A stretch of 64,000 nucleotides of DNA from NCBI RefSeq assembly GCF_018350175.1, contig NC_058368.1:201502001-201566000 (forward strand), given 5' to 3'. Made by a program: the position numbers and the translations under genes. The first letter of the stretch is position 1; every line of letters begins with the position of its first letter. The notes under the pieces were generated by a model. It was given only the letters and a program-made list of their open reading frames with translations, made no database searches and was not told where the DNA came from. The stretch is from Felis catus (lineage: Eukaryota). Below, one piece after another: positions 1 through 13,500 of this stretch.

Positions 1-1091
1 TATTATGTTCTCCAATTGCCATTATGCCTCATCAGTAATTTGTATTAATCTCATCAGCTTTAATGATTCAAAAGGCTTGATTTCTAAAATTACAAATTCT
101 AGTGCTATGTTACGTTATGTTACTAACGTATGCAGATGTACTGTAGTTGTTCTGTAAGCTCATCTGTCTTGTCAAGCAGTACAATCAGGATATAACCTAT
201 ATTCCCTTGCACTCTTCACACCTGGCATTCTTGGTATTTCCTTTGAATTACAGACATCTCCTAATAAAAGAACATGTATTATCATTCCACGGTTGTAAAA
301 CCTTATAGAGTGTACATTTGATCAAAGCAATTTTTAAATATCAGGCCCAAAGTCAGGTTAGAAAGGGAAAGCCTTAGTGATGAAATCAACATTAAAAAAA
401 AAAAAAAAACACTATTAGAAAACCAGTAAATCTAATTAAGGTGCAGTTGAAACTAATAATCTTTATTTTTGGTGATAATGGAAATGGCTGAAGGATATAT
501 CATTGTGGAAAAGAAATACCAAAACAAGGGAGGGGTAGGGAGTACCACATTCTCTGTAAAAATCACCAAAATGATAGATTCAAATCCTAAATGGGATGTT
601 TCAGCTTTAAGTTGCTAGCCACAGATAATGAGAATACACCCAAGTCATTCAGAGGAATCAATTTAAAGAAGTTTACGTCCTGAGGGATGTGAGTGGCTGC
701 AATCAGCGATGACACTGTTAGAAACAAAAGCAGTTTAAAATTAATGATCTTGATTTGACCTGACTTTATTTCACTGGAATTAATGAAGTATACATTTATT
801 CATATGGTATGGGTTATCTATCCCTTCAATTCATGAGTTCTCCATTATCCTAGGGATTTGTGTTGTAAGTCTCCCTAAAAATATGGCCACTTTACAATAA
901 ATTTGCTCAGTTTCTTAATATGGCTTTCAAGGTTTTCTCAGGGTCTCATAATAGTCTATAATGACCTTTACAATTTTCTCTTCCACAATTCCCTGCCCTA
1001 AACCAAACAGAACTATTCACCAAATAAACCTGAACTTCCTTCTCCCCGGAAACCTCTTTCTCCTGTCCCTATCTTAAATTCTTTATGCTCC

Positions 1092-1479
1092 CTCTTAAGT
1101 GTCAGTGTCCCTAGGAACACTACTTGAAACAAGAATTCATGTGCAAGGGATTTATTGAGGAAGCATTCTGCTCCCAAGAGAATTCGCTAAGCAACAAGGG
1201 GAAGAAGATGAAGTCAGGTAAGATGTGATCTGAGAAAAAGTCTCAGCCTCAGCCTGATCCTCCAGGTGAGCTCTGGAATGTGAATTATACCTAGGAGTTT
1301 GTCTTAATTTTTCCTCCAACAGTCATTGGCAAAGGACTTGGCAAGGGGAGGGACAAACCTAAATCCTATGAGCTTGCAGAAGTCAAAGAAGCCAAAAAAC
1401 ACAGAAGCTGGGATAAAGGCACAAAGACATGGTCGAAGTCTTCCAGGATCTGGGCAGAGCACCAACAGAGACAACTATA
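1092..1479 (-). mobile_element. Solo LTR, ERVL LTR16 family (LTR16C-like)
   Basis: Resembles the reverse complement of the LTR16 consensus: 'gtgcaagggatttattgagg' (antisense AATAAA), 'ctcagcctcagcctgatcc..gagctctgga', 'cagtcattggc' and the end 'ggatctgggcagagcaccaacag'. Confidence 0.75.
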
Positions 1480-1489
1480 GGTGCCATAC

Positions 1490-1740
1490 AAATGCCACTT
1501 TTCAAATAATCCATGAAGTTGTCCTCAGACAAGCTTATCAGGATCCCCGTAGGGGGTTGAATTACTCTTGTGGCACAGTTCTTATTCTGCCTTGAGCTCT
1601 GTGGATTTGGGTTACTTGTCTTCTAATTACCTTAAGAGCAGTCGGTGTTTATGTCTTATTCATTATTTCAGTCTTTCAAGTATCTATCCAAGTGGCTTGC
1701 TTTAAGTACATAAGCAATAAAAAGTCACTGATTTGAAAAA
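1490..1740 (+). mobile_element. L2 LINE 3' fragment (degenerate)
   Basis: Weak similarity to the L2 3' end ('..cataagcaataaaaagtcactgatttgaa'). Confidence 0.4.
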
Positions 1741-2599
1741 GGGAGAGACAAACACATTTGAATGGGGTCCACAATGGACCCATCTTGTTAGCAAATTCTT
1801 CAATGTAACAAATATTCTTAGAATAAAATTTCATTATTATTTCTAGATAAGGGAATCAACTAGAAACCAAAAGTAAAGAATCACTTATTAAGTCAATAAA
1901 TGAAATCATAAGCTCAAAGAGTGAAACTCCTAGAAGAATTTGGGTTCTAAGTTTTTCAGAGCCCAAAAGAAGGATGAGCTGACTTCCTGGTAACTCCCTT
2001 GGTAAATACCTGCTCTTTGCATACTTTTCATAAAGTTTACGGAGTGGGAATTGGTCAGAAGGGTTTTGCCACTGAACCACTGCCTACAGGGCTTATTCAC
2101 CATTACTATGGGATCTGCTGGTATGTCTTTGCCCTAGTGCTCAAATTACCTATCACTTGACTCTCTTTTCTTTGAATCACTATTCTTTTTCTTCATCGGC
2201 CATGGGTAAGAAGTTTGCATGTGGACACTTGTGACTATGGAAGGAAGAAAAACAAAACAAAACAGGTTTAACGTGAGCTAACCCAAATAGGTCATACAGC
2301 TAACACTGACCAAAGAGTGGATCAAGGGCTCATATTAATGCAAACTTGGGCTCCAAGCAGAATGTGCTGATAATGGTTTGGAAGTAGCTGCTCTCTGTTT
2401 TTCAGATTAGAGACTCTCTAAGCTCACAGCAAAGGTTTCCCACCTGTTTTCTACAGTTTATCCAGGCATTTACCAGATGGGCTGATATAGCAAGTGCAGA
2501 ATGGAAGCTTCCCTTTCTCATGTATCCATAACCTGCTCTGTTCATGGGAACGATGAAGTGAAACTACTCTTCATAGAACCAGCGGGTTCATATACTGTT

Positions 2600-2760
2600 A
2601 GAATTCATGGAGCTACAGGATGATCTAGTCACCTTGTCCCGTCTCACAATTTTCCGCTGAAAGAATATGGGCCAATAGTATTGATGAGCCATCCAAAACC
2701 ATTCTAATAATGTATCCTGACTCTCAGGACAGCATTCTTTCTGGCATGCCATACTATTTC
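2600..2760 (-). mobile_element. MIR fragment
   Basis: 'gttagaattcatggagct..gatgatctagtc..cctgactctcaggacagcattctttct', typical of antisense MIR. Confidence 0.45.
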
Positions 2761-3379
2761 TTAAATTATTTCAGGAATTCAGAAATAGTCTGATGAAACT
2801 ACATCCTCAAAATATAATTGCATGTAGTAAAAGTTCTCACTGAAACAGTCTCCAATGTTAGGGGCAGACAGATCATGAATGATACACAATTTTTACTAAA
2901 GCAGTGAACTGAATTTTAATATAAGATTATATTTCAGATTTAATATAAGATTATATCTGTTTATGATAAACTGATGCCATATTTCACTGAAATTGAAACT
3001 TCAATGCTATTAATAGGAAGATATACCATTAGTTTATTCACCACTAAGAAAAAATCTGCCAATTAAATTACGCTTCACAATTTCAGAGAGGTTGCAATGT
3101 TTAAAAAAAAAGTTAATCTTAAAACCAATAAAATATATTATATTTTTGTATATATTATGTATATATAAATTCATTAAATCATTCTATCTTTGAAATAGAA
3201 CCATTAGCAAATAAATGACCAATAAAATTTTTAAAAGAGATAGTTTAGGATTCTGAGCCTATATATAATAAGTATATATTAATTTTATTGCTTTACTATT
3301 CAGGATGGAAAAGAATTTAAATTTGGTGGTCATAGAGCTAGGTTTAAAATTTTACTTTTTAAAAAATGCGCTAGTCACA

Positions 3380-4385
3380 CGGGAAAAGTTAGAAGGAACA
3401 CAAGAGGAAATTTTTGGGACAATCTGGTATTAGGAACAAACTTAAAAGCATATTTGCAACATGTTAAGTAAAAAAAAAAAGTAAAACTGAAATTGCAAGG
3501 TATTGGCAAAATAATAATACAGAATACTCCCACAAATTAGAATCTATGGGCTATCACCAACATTATCCTTAGAGAAAATTCATAGTCTTAACATTGTATG
3601 TAAAAATCAATGAAAATAACAAGTATTCAATTCACTACCAAGAAAAAATAAAATGTATTGAAAGAATGAACTTAACAGAGATAAAATAAAATTTTAAAAA
3701 GTGTGAAAAAAAAGCAACCCAACAGCCAGTTGTTTGCAAGAAAATATGATGTAATATATAGTTTAACAGCCACCTATTCAAAAACCATATGAGAAACCAT
3801 AACTATACCAAGTTAAAAGTACAATTAGGTATGATTATAAATGCAGCACAAAAGACAATTAAACTAAATAAAAAGGAAAAGTAAAGAAATTAATTGACAT
3901 AGGAAAATAAAAATATATTGAAAATATAAATTTTACTCTATGCAAAATGGATAATTTTCTATGAAACTATAAATGAAAAATAACAAAAAAATTAAGCAAA
4001 CAAATTACTACAGAAGAAGCTGAGAAAATCACAAGTCATTCTCACATCACCAAAAACATGTTCCTCAGACAGTTTCACAAATCAGTTCATCAATTCTTTC
4101 AAACCTGCAAGGAATATGTAGTTATCCTAACAATTTTAGATCATACATAAAAAAAGGAAAAAAATTCCAGTCTTCCAAAGTCAATGCCAAAATCTAATAG
4201 TGCAAAACAGAAAAACTACAGAATATTAGTAAATAATATTCATGGATCTTAATGGTAAAATGCTAAATATAGTATTGGACATGTGAAAATGGTAGATTGG
4301 AGTCTATCGCAGGTATGTAAAAATGGTTTGACCAGAGAAATTCTGAAAGGCAAAGGAGAAGTATATCATCATCCTAATAGATGAT
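3380..4385 (+). mobile_element. Highly decayed L1 ORF2 fragment
   Basis: A-rich strand with L1 ORF2 landmarks: 'aaatggataattttct', 'cctcagacagtttcacaa', 'aactacagaatattag..catggat..aaaatgctaaat', 'caggtatgtaaaaatggttt'. Confidence 0.65.
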
Positions 4386-4387
4386 CT

Positions 4388-4660
4388 TTGCTTGCTATCC
4401 CTCCATGTCTACTTGGGTTCAACCCTCAAGGACACCCAGAAGGAGAACAGAGAGGAGCAGTGAGGATAAGAGTGTTTACATCTTTCATATCCTCAAATAT
4501 CACAGCTTCTCCCAAGGCAGCCCTCACTACATTATTGTCCCTTTCAGTTTCATTAAATAATCCTTTTCTTTGCAACTCCAAGGGGAAACAGGGACTGAGC
4601 TCTACCTTGTAGATTTCTTATATCCTGACCCATACTTTTGAACCCTCCTGGATTATCTTG
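4388..4660 (+). mobile_element. Degenerate ERVL LTR (LTR33-like) inserted in L1
   Basis: GC-richer block interrupting the L1; 'ttgggttcaaccc..agaaggagaacagagaggag', 'cacagcttctcccaaggcagccctc' and 'cctgacccatactttt' resemble LTR33. Confidence 0.45.
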
Positions 4661-4771
4661 GCTTGTAAAACTCAATATTGTTATCAAATTTCCCCCAAAT
4701 TAATCTATACATTCAATGTAATCCCAGTCAAAATCTCAGTAGCTTTTCATAGAAATTGGTGAGCTACTTCT

Positions 4772-4975
4772 TTTTTTTTTTTAATTTACTTATTTATTTT
4801 AAGAGAGAGAGCACGAGTGGGGTACGGGCAGAGAAAGGAGGAGAGAGAATTCCAAGCAGGCACCACACTGTCAGCGCTGAGCTGAATGTGGGGCTCAAAC
4901 TCAGGAACTGGGAGATCATGACCTGAGCAGAGATCAAGAGTCAGACACTCAGCTGAGTGAGCCACCCAGACGCCC
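4772..4975 (-). mobile_element. CAN-SINE (SINEC)
   Basis: Antisense tRNA-derived head, (GA)n and T tail; TSD agctacttct at 4762-4771 and 4981-4990. Confidence 0.95.
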
Positions 4976-5275
4976 TGACAAGCTACTTCTAAAATTCACA
5001 CAGTAATTCAAAGGACCCAGAATGTATAAACACCTTTAAAAAACATGAACAAAGTTAAAGAACTAACACTATTTCATTACAAGTCTTATTATAAGAGAGC
5101 GCAGTATTGTGGTAAAGACAGGCAAAATGCAGTGATACAGAATAAAGACTCTAGAAAAAGACCCAGCAAAAAAAAAGTCAACTGATGTCTTCTGATAAAG
5201 AAGCAAAGAGTTCGGTAAAGAAAGAATGATCTTTTTGAACTGGTGCTGAACTAACTAGGTATTCAATGGGTTAAA

Positions 5276-5411
5276 TAGGAAATGGACATTAGGGAAGGCA
5301 CTTTTACGGATGAATACTGGGTGTCATATGTAAGAGATGAATCATTGAGCTCTACTCCTAAAACCAAGACTACACTGCATGTTAACTAACTTGAATTTAA
5401 ATTAAAAAAAA
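5276..5411 (+). mobile_element. Carnivore L1 3' end, 5'-truncated
   Basis: 'aatggacattagggaaggcact..gatgaatactgggtgtcatatgtaagagatgaatca..tgttaactaacttgaatttaaa' plus A tail, typical of the carnivore L1 3'UTR. Confidence 0.85.
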
Positions 5412-5589
5412 TATAACTGAAAGTGAATTGTAGACTTAACTCAAAAACTAAAATTTCTACAAGAAAACAAGAAAAAAATATTGTGACCTTGGGTTAGGCA
5501 AATATTTCTTAGCTAAAACACCAAAAACACAATCCAACAAACTGATACATTAGACTGTATAAAAAATAAGAAAAACATATTGGAAGAAA

Positions 5590-5797
5590 GGCCTGGGTGG
5601 CTGAGTCAGTTGAGCATCTAACTCTTGATTTCACCTCAGGTCATGATCTCACAGTTGTTGAGACTGAGCCCCCACATTGGGCCCTGCACCGACAGTGCAG
5701 AATCTGCCTAGGATTCTCTCTTCCTCTTTCTCTTCCCCTTCCCTGCTCTCTCTGTCTCTCTCTCTCTCTCTCTCATGGTAAATAAATAAACATTAAA
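5590..5797 (+). mobile_element. CAN-SINE (SINEC)
   Basis: 'gcctgggtggctgagtcagttgagcatc', (CT)n, AATAAA tail; TSD aaaaaca(t/g)attggaagaaa on both sides. Confidence 0.95.
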
Positions 5798-7139
5798 AAA
5801 AACAGATTGGAAGAAAATATTTGGGAAGCATATATCTGATAAAAATTTGTATTTGGAATCTATAGGGAACTTGCAAAACTCAATAATAAAATATCTTGAT
5901 AAAAAATATGCAAAAGATTTGGACTGGCATTTTACCAAAGTTAAACAAATAGGTAAGATGTGAAAAGCTGCTCAATGTCATTGGTCATCAGGGCGATGAA
6001 ACTTAAAACTACAAGGAGCTACTTTTCCACATCTGTGAGAATGGTCATTTCTTTTTAACTGCCAGTGACAAGTCAGGGAGAGGACGTGGACAACTGGAAC
6101 TGTCCTATGTTGCTGGTGGCAATAGAAACTGGCAAAACCACTTTGGAAAACAGTCTGACACTTTCCCCAAAAAGTTAAACATACACCCACCAAACTGACC
6201 AGCTGTTCCACTCCTAGGGATTTGATCAACAGAAATGAAAATATACGTCCATGGAAAGAGTTCTACACAAATGTCCATCACACCTCTGTCTGTAATAACC
6301 AGCAACTGGAAAAACTTGACTGTTCATCAGCAACTGAACAGATAAACAAATTGTTGTATATTCATACAATAGAATACCATTTAACAATGAAAGGAATGAA
6401 CTATTGATAAATACCACTACAAGAATGAATCACAATATACCCACTGTGAAAGAAGCCAGACAAAAAAGTATATACTGCATGGGCCCTATTTGTATAAAAC
6501 TCTAGAAAATGAAAACCAATCTGAAGCGGGAGAAATTAGATCGGTGATTGCCTGGGGATGGTGTGAGTGGGGTCAGGGCAGCAGAGGAATAAAAAAGGGC
6601 AAGGGGAAACTTTTCAAGTGAATACATCTATTCTCTTCACTGTGGTGATCATTTATCAGGTGTATACGTATGCCATCTTATCAAACTGCACACTTGAAAT
6701 ATGCACAGTTTATTATAAGTTAATTATGCCTCAACAAGCCTATTAAAATGATTTCATATAGATCAAATAGTCAAACAAAAAATAATGGTAGCATAACAGC
6801 ACTAGATTCAATCATGAGGACATTTCTTTATGTTTCTGCAGCGTGAAAGCAAACCTAGAATTCGTAAAACAAAAGCATTTGTAAAACGTAATCCAGAAAT
6901 AATTACCATTTCCTGTACAGTAAAAAATCAAACCTGGTAAAAATATAAATATAAGTCAGCAAAATATAGGCCCAATATATATCGCAAAGGCAAAATCTAT
7001 TAATGCATTCTGACTTACTTCAGATAAGCAAGAAAAAGAAAACCAACCCAGAAGAAGAGGCAAATCGCAGAGAAATAACAAACTTTGTTGACATTCCCTT
7101 TGTATACGTCGCTGATTCTTCACAGCGGCTGTGTGGATT

Positions 7140-7270
7140 GGCGCTGTTGCTCCCATTTACAGATGGGAAACTGAGTCCCAAAGAAGTCTTTTGCTCAAGG
7201 CCACACTGTGTAGAGGGAGACAGTGGGGTTTAAACTCCGATCTGTCAAGTCCAAAATGCCTGACATTTCC
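7140..7270 (-). mobile_element. MIR
   Basis: Antisense MIR core 'cccatttacagatgggaaactgagtccc..tgctcaaggccacac'. Confidence 0.8.
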
Positions 7271-7929
7271 CCTGCCTCCAAAGCTTTCTGCTTTATGGAG
7301 GCTTTTTATAGCCTCCCTCATCTTTGATCCTTCAGGGCTTCTAGCCATGATATAAAACTTTATTCGGCAAAGGACAGGACAGACACTGGGTCAGGGGGAC
7401 CTGAGGCCCCAAATAAGGGAGGGAGAGTTAAGGGTGCCCAAGCCACTCCATGTATGTCTCTTCCGCCCAGTGCCAGGGGGAGAAGCCTAGGGAGAATGCC
7501 TACTAGAACTCCAGTCTTTGCAAAGTCGTGGAAGTAGGATGGCCGTGCCTCCTGCTTCACCTGGACAGTTCCGGTCCACAGCTGTACATCTTCACCAATA
7601 CTTGTTACTTTCATTATTCATAGCTGCCCTTTCACTCTCCAATGTCCCTGTCCTGACAATGACATACGCGGCCATTCTCAGAATAGGAGGGATGCAAGAG
7701 GACAGAGATGGGCAGAGTCCTAAACTCGGCGAAGGGGACTAGCAGGGAGAGAAAAGTTTTCTGCTTCTTAGCTTTGAGTATCCCAGTCCTGAGAAACCCA
7801 AATGGGATTCTCAGGCAGGATTAAGAGCAGAGAGGGAAGGGCGGGTGTCACCAGGGGTCCACATGGGTCTCTTCAGAGCTGTTTGATCTCACCACCTCTC
7901 GGAAGGAGGCAAGTAATGTGAATGCCAAG

Positions 7930-8140
7930 GGACAGACTTGAACATACATAGAGCCTGGGTTCCAAATCTGCGACCCTGGGCTGCTTCCTAACCACCTAAC
8001 CACCAGGTCCCTCAGTTTCCCTGTCTGTGTCACTTATAATGGTCTCTCCCTCACTGAGCTGTTAAGAGGGTTAGATGAGTTAACATTTGTAGAAGACTTA
8101 AGCAGTGCGTGGCACAGTCAGCGCTTTACGAGTATGGTTA
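7930..8140 (+). mobile_element. MIR
   Basis: 'cctgggttccaaatc..cctcagtttccctgtctgt..gttaagagggttagatgagttaacatttgtagaa..agtgcgtggcacagt'. Confidence 0.8.
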
Positions 8141-8479
8141 AATAAAATAAAATGTAGTCACTGCTCTTGTGGCTCAGGAGAAACCTCAGTAAGTCGTCCA
8201 CGAATCTGCAAGGACTCCCCACACCTTCCTGGGGTGCAGATGGAAAAAGAGACCAGCAGAGAGGGGGTCCCCGGGCAGGAGAGACTCTCCTGAGGAGCAT
8301 GGATGGAGATCAGGGGTCTGTATAGGGAAGACTGCTTCCTCCACTGGGTGCCTTTCACTGTGCTTATGATTTGGAGGGAGGGAGGCAAGGAAAGGGGTGT
8401 CAAATTTGTGGGAAGAGAATAGTTTTTTTAAAAAAAATATGTCAAAAACGACATTATTTATTTCTTGTATTTAAAGGAA

Positions 8480-9380
8480 CACACACTAAACAAGATGTGA
8501 TTTATCCTTTATTCATTTGACAGAATTGCAGTTTTATGATACCTAGTGTTGGCAAGGGTGAACCGGAAGTGATGTGGAAGTATGAATATGCACATATGAT
8601 GCAAATTTGGCAACTAACTTTGCAATCTACACGGTCATCCTAATTTCTCAATGGTCATGGTTTCCACCCAGAATTTCCACTGCAGGAATTTATCCAATAG
8701 AAAAACTGGGACAAGGGAAAGATATGCATAGATGAATATTGCAGCACTGCCTGCAATAAAAAGATAATTTTTAAAAACTGTATATTCATTCATATTACTA
8801 CAAAAATTATGCCATAGCCAGGAGATGGAAAACTAAGCTGAAAACAAATTACTTAATTTTGGGGGGCTAACATGAAAAAGTTTCAAATATATATTGTTAA
8901 CAAAACAAAAGCCAAGTTGCAGAAGAGTATGAATAGTGGAATCTTAGTATTTTTTTAAATTTTTAAAAAATTTTTATTTATTTTTGAGAGAGAGAGAAAG
9001 AGAGAGAGGGAGAAAGAGAGAGAGAGAAAGAGTGTGAGTGGGGGAAGGGCAGAGAGAGAAGGAGACACAGAATCTGAAGCAGGCTCCAGGCTCGGACCCT
9101 TCAGCACAGAGCCCCATGCGGGGCTTGAACCCACCAACAGAGAATTTATGACCTGAGCCAAAGGATGCTTAACTGACTGAGCCACCCAGGCACTCTTAGT
9201 ATTTTTAAGGAAATTTTTATGGAAATTATTAATTATTATTATCTCTAAGGTATAGAACTTAGGTCTTGAGTTTAGGCAAGAATGATATGTATGTGTGCAT
9301 GTGTATATTTTTGCTATTAAATATTTTTAACCATAAATATGCATTGTTTTGTTAAAGTTAATTTTTTCACTGAAAATAAA
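8480..9380 (+). mobile_element. L1ME-type 3' fragment (decayed), split by a SINE
   Basis: 'gatacctagtgttggcaagggtg', 'acccagaatttccactgcaggaatttatcc', 'caagttgcagaagagtatgaatagt'. Confidence 0.65.
8955..9193 (-). mobile_element. CAN-SINE (SINEC, felid type)
   Basis: Antisense SINE; TSD tcttagtattttt at 8942 and 9194. Confidence 0.95.
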
Positions 9381-11209
9381 TACAAAAGGAAAATTGGTCT
9401 GTGAAACTATTTTATTTACATGAAACTTTATGCACTTGCTATATGGATCACGGTTCTCAGTTTTCGGCTTTGATTTGTGCTTTTATATTATAACCACTCA
9501 TCTAACATTATCCTCGACTTGCACCTACAAAGTGCGCTAATTATTTGCACATTGCACGAATGATTAAAAAAATAAATGAATGAAGCCAAAAAAAGGGATG
9601 TTGAAATACTCCTAGCCTTTTCTTTAGGGTTCTAATTCCTGCACAGAGGAGAGGACCAAGCAAATGTAGGCTTTTTTTTTCCAATGACTCATTTTTAAAA
9701 CAAAGTGAAACATTATCTGTAATTTTAACTGCAATCTGTTCCTCTGAGGTTTTCAAGCCCCGTTTGAACACCAAATTAGATTCCTCCAATGACTGTATTC
9801 CCTTATCCATCCCTCTGATTTTTATTTCAAGGCCATCAAGTCACAAGATAATTGAGTCCATTTTTTTAATCCATCATCTGCAGTCACTTTTTTCCAGTGC
9901 TTGCCTCTGAGACCTATAATCTATGGGACTTTTTTCCATTACTCTATATTTGGTTTTGAACTACTCACCCACTTAAACAAACCTTACTCAGAGTGCCCAA
10001 CTCTTCCATTTACGTATTGAATCTTAGCCTTAACTCCTGCTTTGCCCTTTAATAATTAAAAATATAGATATAGATGATATACATGTAGGTATATTTATAT
10101 ATGGACTTTGATCTAAAAGAGTGACTTGCCGTGTCTCCCTATAATATTGTCTTTGATTCCTTGTACAGTAGAAAATGTTTATGGACAATTGTCACCAAAT
10201 ATGGATTTCCCATTGGCCGTCGAAGCCCTATGCATTGTGTCCTTGTTGCTGGCTCAGAGTAAAGCCTCCTCGGGCCATTCCACTGTCACAAAAGCTCCCT
10301 GACAGAATACACTGGCCGTGGAAATGTGCCTCAGTTTCCAGGCTGATTCAGTAGGCTTAACATTTATCCTGTTGCAATATTTGTCCCCTTTGCTCCTCTT
10401 GTGATTACTTGGGTTCTTAAGTAAAGGTTGATCTTTGTTCTTTGGGTGTTCAGATGGCATTTCTGTTTAAAGGCAGAGATTCCTAGACGTGCACCCTAGA
10501 AGCTGTGCTCTTTTTGCTGTACACAGATATACACTGATATGCACAGACAAGATTTATCAATTGCCAGTAATGAATTTTTGCTCTTAAATATCTAAACAAC
10601 TTGCGTTTATGTAGTATTGTTCAGTTCAAAGTCATTTTATATTCCTTATGCTCATTACATAATCTTATTTTTACTCATTATAACTCATTTGGTCATCATA
10701 ATCCCATGATGAAAGCAAGTCAGGTGTAATTGTTTCCTCTTCTGCTCAAAAAACATCATCAAACAGTCAAGGTCACATGGTTCTTACGTGGCACAACAGA
10801 TACTAAAACTCAGAATATCTGACTTTTCACCATATATGAATTCATTCAGGTTAATTAATAATTCAAATGATTCTAAAATTTCTTGACAAACTTAAGACTA
10901 CTTTTACAGAATATTGGCCTTTAGAGAGTTTACAGAGAACCATCATTTGCTGCAATCATGTTTTTGTAATATAAATTAGCTCATATGTGGTCATAAAAAG
11001 GTGAATGGATGTCAGTGTAATGTGGGCACTGAGTCGGTTCAGGCGCTTTAAGCTTTATTTATGTTTCCTTTTAAGGCAAATTCCTTTTTTTAAGGTAAAT
11101 AAATCTTATGTTTACTCTAATTTTTCTGTAATAGAATATTTAGCATGTCTGCTTACCTGTGCTAGTATTTTTATTAGGATTGCTAACAGGTTTGTTAAGC
11201 TATAGTTAC

Positions 11210-11620
11210 GAGTTTAATAGTATCTAAGTGATCGATGGTGGTTTAGCCAAAGCTGATGTAATGAGAGAAGGAGAGAACGGATGGATGTAAGGTATATTTC
11301 TGACATGGCACCAATGGGACCTGGTGATGGATTCAATGGGTAGGGGAAAGGTTGAAGTGTAGAGGTTATCAAGGGTGATGCCCAGTTTTCAAAGAGTGGC
11401 ATGTCCAAAATCCAGATTTAGGTAGTGTGGAAGTGTTGACGGTAGTATATAAGTTAGGGTATGAGCAAGAGAGTAGGTAGCTGAGAGGGGGTAGAGGACT
11501 AGGACATTGGAGAGGACGGACTCAAACATGGCGGGTGGGGGGCGGTTCCTGAAGTCAAGGAATGAAGGTAGGGATAAAGACAGACAGGAAGGCTGTGAGT
11601 CAGGAGCTTTAAAAAAAGTC
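11210..11620 (-). mobile_element. L2 fragment
   Basis: Purine-rich antisense L2 pattern 'atggatgtaaggtatattt..ggacctggtgatggattcaatggg..caagggtgatgcccagtttt'. Confidence 0.6.
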
Positions 11621-12109
11621 TTCAGTTGTCTCGTTGATGGAAGAGGAGCCAAAATCTCCTATACTGGCTGACGGTCTTTAGTAGTCCTGTTCTTCCATTT
11701 TCTTGGCATAACATAATATTTTCAAGGATTTAAAACTGTAAATGCACTAACAGTATGTGACTGCTCAGACTGTTGGTATGATCAAAAAGATTTGTTCCAG
11801 GCACTCTCTAATTTGGGGGTCAGTTGAGCACTACATTGGGATTAGGTGCCTGACCCCCATGACTCTAACCCAGCAAAAGATTTCCTTAGAGAGATTCCAT
11901 ATTTCTTTTCCCATTGCTCCATAGGTCAGGCATGACACGATTTTTCCTATTGGCAACTGATACTGTACAGTGTAGTCTTAGATCTATAATGGAAATAGGC
12001 TTCTCATCTCTGCTTTCTTGCAATATTTATTCCCCCACCTGAGTATACACAGCTTTGTGTGGTTCTCCAGATGTTTTATATAGAAGTGACTAGTCTGATG
12101 TAGGCAGAG

Positions 12110-12312
12110 TAAAGTGCTCTATCCATGAGTCTCCCACAGCACTTGCTATGCTCTTATATCACTTGTCACATTGTATCATATTCATCTCATCTTTCTACAT
12201 GTAAATCTCTCTCTGGGCTGTTAACTTGTCAATGCGATGGTCTATTTCTTGTTTGCCTGTTTCCCTAGTCTAGCAGAATGTCATATAATAGCTTCTCAAT
12301 AAATGTTTGAAG
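12110..12312 (+). mobile_element. L2 3' end
   Basis: 'ctcccacagcacttgct..cacttgtcacattgtat..cctagtctagcagaatgtc..ctcaataaatgtttga'. Confidence 0.7.
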
Positions 12313-12764
12313 AAGAGAGACAGGTAGTGTAGGGACCATGTCTCGCATTTCAGTATTTCCCTCAACACAGCAAACACAGTGTTGTTCATTTACTCAAAGC
12401 TAGACCGTGAGACAGAATGGTAAGTAAGCAAAGACAGAGCCATCCGCTGCTCCCGTAAAGGTTATTGTCTTGGGTCATTTTTATTACAAGCGCTTAATAA
12501 ATACATTTAATTCATTTAAGTGCTTAGCGAATGCAAATTAATTCACTTAGATACGATCACCTACAGCTAATTGAAAAAAATCACCCTTCCTTTTTCATCA
12601 GTTAATTTCATTTGAACTTGTTTGCATATTGGGATCTTCAGTGCCTCAACTTAATTTATTTTGGGTAGAGTCACAAAGTTTTCACCTCTGACCATGTATT
12701 TCCTCCCTTGGAGCCTTGTTCAACACCACCTCTTGAAAATGAAAGGGATAATAATTAACAAGTA

Positions 12765-13500
12765 TGTAACTGCCATTTACATGGTGCTTACAAAGTTATC
12801 ATTGTATTTCATAATCACAGCCAGTGAATAAAGTAGGTGGGGCATGTGCTACTGTTTCTCCAATATCACAGATGAGAATGCTGAGGCAGAGAGAGTGAGT
12901 AAATGATGTACTGTTTTTAATTCTTTTTTAATGTTTATTTATTTTCAAGAGACAGAGAGAAAGAGAGGCAGAGAGAGAGGCAGACAGAGGATCCGAAGCA
13001 GGCTCTGTGCTGACAATAGAGATCCCAATGCGGGACTCGAACTCATGAACCATGAGATCATGACCTGAGCCGAAATCAGATGTTTAACCAACTGAGCCAC
13101 CCAGGTGCCCCAATCATGTGCTGTTTTCAAATTTTTTTTTTTCTGTAAAACACTAGGTATCTGTAAGGCACTGTCTAAATTCACTGAAAGGCCAAATTTG
13201 TACCAAGACTTCTGATCCTGAAAAAGGAGTACTTTTCATCACAGTATGTTGCTTCTCTATATTATCCAGTAATAACCAGTGCATATCTTTATCAACTATT
13301 TAGTGAGTATAGAATAAATGCCAGGTACTGTGCTAATCACTTAACATGTATCATCAATCACTCACTCTACCCTATAAGAAAAAAAAATCCTCTTTAACAA
13401 ATAAAGAAAATTGGGTATGAATGAATAGTTTGCCTGTGGTCTCACAACTGCAGTGATGTACTTGCTGACCTAGACCTCTTGCCCTCGGTAGCCATGGGTT
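12765..13500 (-). mobile_element. MIR fragments (split by a SINE)
   Basis: 'actgccatttacatggtgcttaca..acagatgagaatgctgaggcagagagag' and 'aatgccaggtactgtgctaatcacttaacatgtatc'. Confidence 0.65.
12918..13111 (-). mobile_element. CAN-SINE (SINEC)
   Basis: Antisense SINE; degenerate TSD aat(g/c)atgt(a/g)ctgtttt. Confidence 0.95.

Larger units (their letters stand above)
4665..6748 (+). mobile_element. L1ME-type LINE 3' portion (ORF2 C-terminus and 3'UTR), interrupted by two SINEs and a carnivore L1 3' end
   Basis: 'aaattaatctatacattcaatgtaatcccagtcaaaatc', 'gaccttgggttaggcaaatatttcttag', 'ccactcctaggga'; 3' end 'ttatcaaactgcacacttgaaatatgcacagtttattataagttaattatgcctcaac'. Confidence 0.85.

Noticed and set aside
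2915..2956. 18-bp direct repeat tttaatataagattatat with a 24-bp period
   Set aside because: Ordinary local slippage duplication in AT-rich DNA.
7788..7815. Hairpin cctgagaa-a-ccca-aa-tggg-a-ttctcagg
   Set aside because: Short and interrupted; hairpins of this size are expected in 64 kb.
7330..8400. GC-richer stretch with a GC box, as a possible promoter
   Set aside because: CpG-poor, partly MIR, and no downstream exon found.
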